From positions 1,800,635 through 1,864,634 of the forward strand of contig CM082595.2 in assembly GCA_040954595.2 (NCBI GenBank): a stretch of DNA of 64,000 bases, read 5' to 3'. This document shows, one piece after another, positions 34,781 through 45,883 of the stretch. Made by a program: the position numbers and the translations under genes. This DNA comes from Balanoglossus misakiensis. Its lineage: Eukaryota; Animalia; Hemichordata. The stretch's first letter is position 1. Each line of letters begins with the position of its first letter. The notes beneath the pieces were generated by a model. It made no database searches. It was not told where the DNA came from and saw only the letters and a program-made list of their open reading frames with translations.

Positions 34781-37700
34781 TGCGGATTTTCGAAATTTGG
34801 TGATTTTTTGAGAAAAATCATGGGTTATAGCTCATGAAATCACCCAGAAATGACAATTTTTCGACTTTGCGGATTTTCGAAATTTGGTGATTTTTTGAGA
34901 AAAATCATGGGTTATAGCTCATGAAAATCATCCCAGAATGACAATTTTTCGACTTTGCGGATTTTCGAAATTTGGTGATTTTTTGAGAAAAATCATGGGT
35001 TATAGCTCATGAAAATCACCCAGAAATGACAATTTTTTTACGTTGCGGATTTTCGAAATTTGGTGATTTTTTGAGAAAAATCATGGGTTATAGCTCATGA
35101 AAATCATCCCAGAATGACAATTTTTCGACGTTGCGGATTTTCGAAATTTGGTGATTTTTTGAGAAAAATCATGGGTTATAGCTCATGAAAATCATCCCAG
35201 AATGACAATTTTTCGAATTTGCGGATTTTCGAAATTTGGTGATTTTTTGAGAAAAACCATGGGTTATAGCTCATGAAATCACCCAGAAATGACAATTTTT
35301 CGACTTTGCGGATTTTCGAAATTTGGTGATTTTTTGAGAAAAATCATGGATTATAGCTCATGAAAATCATCCCAGAATGACAATTTTTCGACTTTGCGGA
35401 TTTTCGAAATTTGGTGATTTTTTGAGAAAAATCATGGGTTATAGCTCATGAAAATCATCCCAGAATGACAATTTTTCGACGTTGCGGATTTTCGAAATTT
35501 GGTGATTTTTTGAGAAAAATCATGGGTTATAGCTCATGAAAATCATCCCAGAATGACAATTTTTCGACGTGGCGGATTTTCGAAATTTGGTGATTTTTTG
35601 AGAAAAATCATGGGTTATAGCTCATGAAAATCATCCCAGAATGACAATTTTTCGACTTTGCGGATTTTCGAAATTTGGTGATTTTTTGAGAAAAATCATG
35701 GGTTATAGCTCATGAAATCACCCAGAAATGACAATTTTTCGACTTTGCGGATTTTCGATATTTGGTGATTTTTTGAGAAAAATCATGGGTTATAGCTCAT
35801 GAAAATCATCCCAGAATGACAATTTTTCGACTTTGCGGATTTTCGAAATTTGGTGATTTTTTGAGAAAAATCATGGGTTATAGCTCATGAAAATCATCCC
35901 AGAATGACAATTTTTCGACGTTGCGGATTTTCGAAATTTGGTGATTTTTTGAGAAAAATCATGGGTTATAGCTCATGAAAATCATCCCAGAATGACAATT
36001 TTTCGACTTTGCGGATTTTCGAAATTTGGTGATTTTTTGAGAAAAATCATGGGTTATAGCTCATGAAAATCATCCCAGAATGACAATTTTTCGACTTTGC
36101 GGATTTTCGAAATTTGGTGATTTTTTGAGAAAAATCATGGGTTATAGCTCATGAAAATCATCCCAGAATGACAATTTTTCGACTTTGCGGATTTTCGAAA
36201 TTTGGTGATTTTTTGAGAAAAATCATGGGTTATAGCTCATGAAAATCACCCAGAAATGACAATTTTTTTACGTTGCGGATTTTCGAAATTTGGTGATTTT
36301 TTGAGAAAAATCATGGGTTATAGCTCATGAAAATCATCCCAGAATGACAATTTTTCGACGTTGCGGATTTTCGAAATTTGGTGATTTTTTGAGAAAAATC
36401 ATGGGTTATAGCTCATGAAAATCATCCCAGAATGACAATTTTTCGAATTTGCGGATTTTCGAAATTTGGTGATTTTTTGAGAAAAACCATGGGTTATAGC
36501 TCATGAAATCACCCAGAAATGACAATTTTTCGACTTTGCGGATTTTCGAAATTTGGTGATTTTTTGAGAAAAATCATGGATTATAGCTCATGAAAATCAT
36601 CCCAGAATGACAATTTTTCGACTTTGCGGATTTTCGAAATTTGGTGATTTTTTGAGAAAAATCATGGGTTATAGCTCATGAAAATCATCCCAGAATGACA
36701 ATTTTTCGACGTTGCGGATTTTCGAAATTTGGTGATTTTTTGAGAAAAATCATGGGTTATAGCTCATGAAAATCATCCCAGAATGACAATTTTTCGACGT
36801 GGCGGATTTTCGAAATTTGGTGATTTTTTGAGAAAAATCATGGGTTATAGCTCATGAAAATCATCCCAGAATGACAATTTTTCGACTTTGCGGATTTTCG
36901 AAATTTGGTGATTTTTTGAGAAAAATCATGGGTTATAGCTCATGAAAATCATCCCAGAATGACAATTTTTCGACTTTGCGGATTTTCGAAATTTGGTGAT
37001 TTTTTGAGAAAAATCATGGGTTATAGCTCATGAAAATCATCCCAGAATGACAATTTTTCGAATTTGCGGATTTTCGAAATTTGGTGATTTTTTGAGAAAA
37101 ATCATGGGTTATAGCTCATGAAAATCATCCCAGAATGACAATTTTTCGACTTTGCGGATTTTCGAAATTTGGTGATTTTTTGAGAAAAATCATGGGTTAT
37201 AGCTCATGAAAATCATCCCAGAATGACAATTTTTCGACTTTGCGGATTTTCGAAATTTGGTGATTTTTTGAGAAAAATCATGGGTTATAGCTCATGAAAA
37301 TCATCCCAGAATGACAATTTTTCGACGTTGCGGATTTTCGAAATTTGGTGATTTTTTGAGAAAAATCATGGGTTATAGCTCATGAAAATCATCCCAGAAT
37401 GACAATTTTTCGACGTTGCGGATTTTCGAAATTTGGTGATTTTTTGAGAAAAATCATGGGTTATAGCTCATGAAAATCATCCCAGAATGACAATTTTTCG
37501 ACTTTGCGGATTTTCGAAATTTGGTGATTTTTTGAGAAAAATCATGGGTTATAGCTCATGAAAATCATCCCAGAATGACAATTTTTCGACTTTGCGGATT
37601 TTCGAAATTTGGTGATTTTTTGAGAAAAATCATGGGTTATAGCTCATGAAAATCATCCCAGAATGACAATTTTTCGACTTTGCGGATTTTCGAAATTTGG

Positions 37701-40700
37701 TGATTTTTTGAGAAAAATCATGGGTTATAGCTCATGAAATCACCCCAGAATGACAATTTTTCGACTTTGCGGATTTTCGAAATTTGGTGATTTTTTGAGA
37801 AAAACCATGGGTTATAGCTCATGAAATCACCCAGAAATGACAATTTTTCGACTTTGCGGATTTTCGATATTTGGTGATTTTTTGAGAAAAATCATGGGTT
37901 ATAGCTCATGAAAATCATCCCAGAATGACAATTTTTCGACTTTGCGGATTTTCGAAATTTGGTGATTTTTTGAGAAAAACATTGGGTTATAGCTCATGAA
38001 ATCACCCAGAAATGACAATTTTTCGACTTTGCGGATTTTCGAAATTTGGTGATTTTTTGAGAAAAACCATGGGTTATAGCTCATGAAATCACCCAGAAAT
38101 GACAATTTTTCGAGTTTGCGGATTTTCGATATTTGGTGATTTTTTGAGAAAAACCATGGGCTATAGCTCATGAAATCACCCAGAAATGACAATTTTTCGA
38201 CTTTGCGGATTTTCGAAATTTGGTGATTTTTTGAGAAAAACCATGGGTTATAGCTCATGAAAATCATCCCAGAATGACAATTTTTCGACTTTGCGGATTT
38301 TCGAAATTTGGTGATTTTTTGAGAAAAATCATGGGTTATAGCTCATGAAAATCATCCCAGAATGACAATTTTTCGACTTTGCGGATTTTCGAAATTTGGT
38401 GATTTTTTGAGAAAAATCATGGGTTATAGCTCATGAAAATCATCCCAAAATGACAATTTTTCGACTTTGCGGATTTTCGAAATTTGGTGATTTTTTGAGA
38501 AAAATCATGGGTTATAGCTCATGAAAATCATCAAAGAATGACAATTTTTCGACTTTGCGGATTTTCGAAATTTGGTGATTTTTTGAGAAAAATCATGGGT
38601 TATAGCTCATGAAAATCATCCCAGAATGACAATTTTTCGACTTTGCGGATTTTCGAAATTTGGTGATTTTTTGAGAAAAATCATGGGTTATAGCTCATGA
38701 AAATCATCCCAGAATGACAATTTTTCGACGTTGCGGATTTTCGAAATTTGGTGATTTTTTGAGAAAAATCATGGGTTATAGCTCATGAAAATCATCCCAG
38801 AATGACAATTTTTCGACTTTGCGGATTTTCGAAATTTGGTGATTTTTTGAGAAAAATCATGGGTTATAGCTCATGAAAATCATCCCAGAATGACAATTTT
38901 TCGACTTTGCGGATTTTCGAAATTTGGTGATTTTTTGAGAAAAATCATGGGTTATAGCTCATGAAAATCATCCCAGAATGACAATTTTTCGACTTTGCGG
39001 ATTTTCGAAATTTGGTGATTTTTTGAGAAAAATCATGGGTTATAGCTCATGAAAATCATCCCAGAATGACAATTTTTCGACTTTGCGTATTTTCGAAATT
39101 TGGTGATTTTTTGAGAAAAATCATGGGTTATAGCTCATGAAAATCATCCCAGAATGACAATTTTTCGACTTTGCGGATTTTCGAAATTTGGTGATTTTTT
39201 GAGAAAAACCATGGGTTATAGCTCATGAAATCACCCAGAAATGACAATTTTTCGACTTTGCGGATTTTCGATATTTGGTGATTTTTTGAGAAAAATCATG
39301 GGTTATAGCTCATGAAAATCATCCCAGAATGACAATTTTTCGACTTTGCGGATTTTCGAAATTTGGTGATTTTTTGAGAAAAACCATGGGTTATAGCTCA
39401 TGAAATCACCCAGAAATGACAATTTTTCGACTTTGCGGATTTTCGAAATTTGGTGATTTTTTGAGAAAAACCATGGGTTATAGCTCATGAAATCACCCAG
39501 AAATGACAATTTTTCGAGTTTGCGGATTTTCGATATTTGGTGATTTTTTGAGAAAAACCATGGGTTATAGCTCATGAAATCACCCAGAAATGACAATTTT
39601 TCGACTTTGCGGATTTTCGAAATTTTGTGATTTTTTGAGAAAAACCATGGGTTATAGCTCATGAAATCACCCAGACATGACAATTTTTCGACTTTGCGGA
39701 TTTTCGAAATTTGGTGATTTTTTGAGAAAAACCATGGGTTATAGCTCATGAAATCACCCAGAAATGACAATTTTTCGACTTTGCGGATTTTCGATATTTG
39801 GTGATTTTTTGAGAAAAACCATGGGTTATAGCTCATGAAATCACCCAGAAATGACAATTTTTCGACTTTGCGGATTTTCGAAATTTGGTGATTTTTTGAG
39901 AAAAACCATGGGTTATAGCTCATGAAATCACCCAGAAATGACAATTTTTCGACTTTGCGGATTTTCGAAATTTGGTGATTTTTTGAGAAAAAACATGGGT
40001 TATAGCTCATGAAATCACCCAGAAATGACAATTTTTCGACTTTGCGGATTTTCGAAATTTGGTGATTTTTTGAGAAAAACCATGGGTTATAGCTCATGAA
40101 ATCACCCAGAAATGACAATTTTTCGACTTTGCGGATTTTCGATATTTGGTGATTTTTTGAGAAAAACCATGGGTTATAGCTCATGAAATCACCCAGAAAT
40201 GACAATTTTTCGACTTTGCGGATTTTCGATATTTGGTGATTTTTTGAGAAAAACCATGGGTTATAGCTCATGAAATCACCCAGAAATGACAATTTTTCGA
40301 CTTTGCGGATTTTCGAAATTTGGTGATTTTTTGAGAAAAACCATGGGTTATAGCTCATGAAATCACCCAGAAATGACAATTTTTCGACTTTGCGGATTTT
40401 CGAAATTTGGTGATTTTTTGAGAAAAACCATGGGTTATAGCTCATGAAATCACCCAGAAATGACAATTTTTCGACTTTGCGGATTTTCGAAATTTGGTGA
40501 TTTTTTGAGAAAAACCATGGGTTATAGCTCATGAAAATCACCCAGAAATGACAATTTTTCGACTTTGCGGATTTTCGAAATTTCGTGATTTTTTGAGAAA
40601 AACCATGGGTTATAGCTCATGAAATCACCCAGAAATGACAATTTTTCGACTTTGCGGATTTTCGAAATTTGGTGATTTTTTGAGAAAAACCATGGGTTAT

Positions 40701-43601
40701 AGCTCATGAAATCACCCAGAAATGACAATTTTTCGACTTTGCGGATTTTCGAAATTTGGTGATTTTTTGAGAAAAACCATGGGTTATAGCTCATGAAATC
40801 ACCCAGAAATGACAATTTTTCGACTTTGCGGATTTTCGAAATTTGGTGATTTTTTGAGAAAAACCATGGGTTATAGCTCATGAAAATCACCCAGAAATGA
40901 CAATTTTTCGACTTTGCGGATTTTCGAAATTTGGTGATTTTTTGAGAAAAACCATGGGTTATAGCTCATGAAATCACCCAGAAATGACAATTTTTCGACT
41001 TTGCGGATTTTCGAAATTTGGTGATTTTTTGAGAAAAACCATGGGTTATAGCTCATGAAAATCACCCAGAAATGACAATTTTTCGACTTTGCGGATTTTC
41101 GAAATTTGGTGATTTTTTGAGAAAAACCATGGGTTATAGCTCATGAAATCACCCAGAAATGACAATTTTTCGACTTTGCGGATTTTCGAAATTTGGTGAT
41201 TTTTTGAGAAAAACCATGGGTTATAGCTCATGAAAATCACCCAGAAATGACAATTTTTCGACTTTGCGGATTTTCGAAATTTGGTGATTTTTTGAGAAAA
41301 ATCATGGGTTATAGCTCATGAAAATCACCCAGAAATGACAATTTTTCGACTTTGCGGATTTTCGAAATTTGGTGATTTTTTGAGAAAAACCATGGGTTAT
41401 AGCTCATGAAAATCACCCAGAAATGACAATTTTTCGACTTTGCGGATTTTCGAAATTTGGTGATTTTTTGAGAAAAACCATGGGTTATAGCTCATGAAAA
41501 TCACCCAGAAATGACAATTTTTCGACTTTGCGGATTTTCGAAATTTGGTGATTTTTTGAGAAAAACCATGGGTTATAGCTCATGAAAATCACCCAGAAAT
41601 GACAATTTTTCGACTTTGCGGATTTTCGAAATTTGGTGATTTTTGAGAAAAACCATGGGTTATAGCTTATGAAATCACCCAGAAATGACAATTTTTCGAC
41701 TTTGCGGATTTTCGGAATTTGGTGATTTTTTGAGAAAAACCATGGGTTATAGCTCATGAAAATCACCCAGAAATGACAATTTTTCGACTTTGCGGATTTT
41801 CGAAATTTGGTGATTTTTTGAGAAAAACCATGGGTTATAGCTCATGAAATCACCCAGAAATGACAATTTTTCGACTTTGCGGATTTTCGAAATTTGGTGA
41901 TTTTTTGAGAAAAACCATGGGTTATAGCTCATGAAATCACCCAGAAATGACAATTTTTCGACTTTGCGGATTTTCGAAATTTGGTGATTTTCTGAGAAAA
42001 GCCATGGGTTATAGCTCATGAAATCACCCAGAAATGACAATTTTTCGACTTTGCGGATTTTCGATATTTGGTGATTTTTTGAGAAAAATCATGGGTTATA
42101 GCTCATGAAAATCATCCCAGAATGACAATTTTTCGACTTTGGGGATTTTCGAAATTTGGTGATTTTTTGAGAAAAACCATGGGTTATAGCTCATGAAAAT
42201 CACCCAGAAATGACAATTTTTCGACTTTGCGGATTTTCGAAATTTGGTGATTTTTTGAGAAAAACCATGGGTTATAGCTCATGAAATCACCCAGAAATGA
42301 CAATTTTTCGACTTTGCGGATTTTCGAAATTTGGTGATTTTTTGAGAAAAACCATGGGTTATAGCTCATGAAAATCACCCAGAAATGACAATTTTTCGCC
42401 TTTGCGGATTTTCGAAATTTGGTGATTTTTTGAGAAAAACCATGGGTTATAGCTCTTGAAAATCACCCAGAAATGACAATTTTTCGACTTTGCGGATTTT
42501 CGAAATTTGGTGATGTTTTGAGAAAAACCATGGGTTATAGCTCATGAAATCACCCAGAAATGACAATTTTTCGACTTTGCGGATTTTCGAAATTTGGTGA
42601 TTTTTTGAGAAAAACCATGGGTTATAGCTCATGAAATCACCCAGAAATGACAATTTTTCGACTTTGCGGATTTTCGATATTTGGTGATTTTTTGAGAAAA
42701 ACCATGGGTTATAGCTCATGAAATCACCCAGAAATGACAATTTTTCGACTTTGCGGATTTTCGAAATTTGGTGATTTTTTGAGAAAAACCATGGGTTATA
42801 GCTCATGAAATCACCCAGAAATGACAATTTTTCGACTTTGCGGATTTTCGATATTTGGTGATTTTTTGAGAAAAACCATGGGTTATAGCTCATGAAATCA
42901 CCCAGAAATGACAATTTTTCGACTTTGCGGATTTTCGATATTTGGTGATTTTTTGAGAAAAACCATGGGTTATAGCTCATGAAATCACCCAGAAATGACA
43001 ATTTTTCGACTTTGCGGATTTTCGAAATTTGGTGATTTTTTGAGAAAAACCATGGGTTATAGCTCATGAAATCACCCAGAAATGACAATTTTTCGACTTT
43101 GCGGATTTTCGAAATTTGGTGATTTTTTGAGAAAAATCATGGGTTATAGCTCATGAAATCACCCAGAAATGACAATTTTTCGACTTTGCGGATTTTCGAA
43201 ATTTGGTGATTTTTTGAGAAAAACCATGGGTTATAGCTCATGAAAATCACCCAGAAATGACAATTTTTCGACTTTGCGGATTTTCGATATTTGGTGATTT
43301 TTTGAGAAAAACCATGGGTTATAGCTCATGAAATCACCCAGAAATGACAATTTTTCGACTTTGCGGATTTTCGATATTTGGTGATTTTTTGAGAAAAACC
43401 ATGGGTTATAGCTCATGAAATCACCCAGAAATGACAATTTTTCGACTTTGCGGATTTTCGAAATTTGGTGATTTTTTGAGAAAAACCATGGGTTATAGCT
43501 CATGAAATCACCCAGAAATGACAATTTTTCGACTTTGCGGATTTTCGAAATTTGGTGATTTTTTGAGAAAAATCATGGGTTATAGCTCATGAAAATCATC
43601 A
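34779..43601 (-). repeat. 87/88-bp tandem satellite, right arm in inverted orientation (~100 units)
   Basis: Reverse complement of the same unit begins abruptly at ...AACCCATGATTT|TGCGGATTTTCGAAATTTGG... and ends at ...GCTCATGAAAATCATCA (43601). Confidence 0.98.
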
Positions 43602-43666
43602 TGCAGGAAATTGAAGTTTTTAAAAAATGATCGGAACAAACCACATTGAAAGAAATTCATTATAAT

Positions 43667-43672
43667 TTTAAT
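43667..43672 (-). promoter_or_regulatory. Candidate poly(A) signal of the uncharacterised minus-strand gene
   Basis: ATTAAA on minus strand followed by GT-rich TGTGGTTTGTT, ~65 bp from the array end. Confidence 0.4.
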
Positions 43673-45883
43673 GTACATTGCTATTTTACAATGAATATGT
43701 CCAAATTAAATGTACATTCCTCTTTTTATAAAACTGTGCCATATCTGTTGAAATCATAGTGAACCGGTCCACCAAACATACAATGAATGTGTGATAATAA
43801 AGCCTGATTATTATTTATATCACCTTTCATATATCATCATCATATCACATTTCAGTAATGAGATATCGAACGTTGATTACCAGCTCCAGTGTCAGTGTTA
43901 ATTATTGCAAAAGCAACGAGTCAAATTCCAACTGAGTTGACAATAGCCAGATGAAAACTACATCAACATCGTCACAAAAAAATCAACTACTTGTTAAAGA
44001 GAGAATACATGTACACGTACAACTCTTTGAATCAAAACAAACGAAATTAAATGAAAAGTTGTTTACATTGGACAGTTTGCCATTGGTGACGTACATGTGA
44101 TGTCAGGTTCACATAAGGATCTTGCTGTACACTACAGCTGCAAATAACTGTACATCAAAATAATTCTATAACAGTGTTTGGCACAAACCAGCCCTGAATA
44201 TAAACATTCAAAAACTATATCACACTGTACACGAAAAAGCAAAGCCTAATATATCCAAATTAAATATTTCCATTTACATTCTCCTTCCTGATTATATTAC
44301 ATGTTCACAGTATAAACATAATAGTGTCTCCATTGCAATGGCAATATAAATAGTATGTATAAGATAATTAATGACAAAAGACATACAATATCACATAATT
44401 CTTTGTTTAAAAGCACACACAAAATCTGTGTAGGAATTGACATTCTTATATTTAACATAAACCACATACAGCTGCAAAGACTCCACAAAACAGAAATGGA
44501 GGGATTTTTGTTTCAAACACAACAAAACTTGGAGGGAATACTACTAAAGAAAGTAGTGGCAACAAAACATTGAAGGAAAAATAATTTTGCAAGTCAGCAT
44601 GACTTTTACATTGTAATTCCTCATATAATGAGTTCCTGAATACTATATATGTACATTTATATTCCTCCTATGTATTGCAAGGTTGTTTGGTTTTGTTGTG
44701 GTTTTAAGTCATGTAATTTTTGCTGTTGATATCTTTTTCTCGTTTGTGGACACCTGTTTCTTCTGTAATAACTAAAATAAAATTAAAATAAAGTCTTTAA
44801 CTTAACAGAATAATACGGAGGGAATTCTGATAACGACTCGTGGATGGAATTGAAGATTGCTGCTGCAGGAGATGAAGAAAAAAAAGTAGCTGAGTTTAAG
44901 TATTGAACTCTTGAATAGAAAATAAGTTTTGAGGCTTGAAGAATTTTGATATGCATTGGTCAAATTTGTGAATAGAATATGCAGGCTCGAACTTACAATG
45001 GCTTGAGATGACCATACATTGTATGTGGTAATTTTTGTGACTAGATTTATACAGTCGACTGTGTACCTTCAATGTACACAATAGGAATGTAATTTATAAG
45101 TCTGATACTGTGAGGAAAAAGGCCATCAAAACTGTTACATCATTGTCCCTTGATGTAATCCTGTAATTTTGGCCGAAGATGCTTAGTTTCAACTTACTTT
45201 ACAACTGTGTATATCATAGCTGCCATTTAGATCAAGTCTGATAAACTGTCCTTCACGTGACGAGCTAGACTGTCTCTAGCACACTCACCCCTGAAAACTT
45301 ACTTATCAGTCAAGCCACTGTAGTTATGTTACTGCTTTCAAAATGTACATGAAACATTGTTATGTACACATACTGGTTAGTGCACGAAAGACATACTGGT
45401 ATAACAGTACAAACTGCAAAGTACAAAGTCGATGGTGATATTGACTCTACCAAGACATAGCTGCATGTTTTTTTTCTGGAGAAGATCTTGGTTGAGTGTG
45501 TCATAAAAACCCAGCTGATTATTTACCTGGGCAACTTCATGGGGAATCCATTTTGCACTCTGGTAAAGAAGAAGTTGGATAAAAACAGCACGACCAAACT
45601 GTTAGGGCTTGAGTTCATGGCTTTTGTCTAAGCCACAGTTCACCGTTTATGATCAGAAGTTCCATGTACATGTGACCATGAAAATCTGTCCAAAAGTCAT
45701 CAAGTCACTCGTCATAAATCACACAACAGATGGTAAACGCGATCTCTGTTTCATCCGCCATATTGTTCCGGGACGTTCATGATTCATGATGACAATCAAT
45801 AAATTTTCATCAACGAAGACTTGACCTTCGATTTCCGTCCGCCTCGGGAGCTTGATACCATATCCCATCACCATGGTAACCAT

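Noticed and set aside
28383-43524. Long repetitive ORFs in the array (e.g. 412 aa at 39303-40541, 189 aa at 28383-28952)
   Set aside because: They arise wherever consecutive units are 87 bp (29 codons) and break at every 88-bp unit; indels are not frame-preserving and there is no gene structure.
28298-43601. CRISPR array
   Set aside because: Whole unit is repeated with no unique spacers; eukaryotic context and no cas genes.
28298-43601. Telomere-fusion scar suggested by TAACCC/GGGTTA in each unit
   Set aside because: Only one hexamer per 88 bp, no (TTAGGG)n runs, and the orientation (C-strand then G-strand) is opposite to an end-to-end fusion.
28230-43640. Defined transposon termini/TSD for the giant palindrome
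   Set aside because: No flanking direct repeat found; only a 6-bp TCCTGC/GCAGGA inverted match, compatible with chance. Foldback identity therefore stays a hypothesis.
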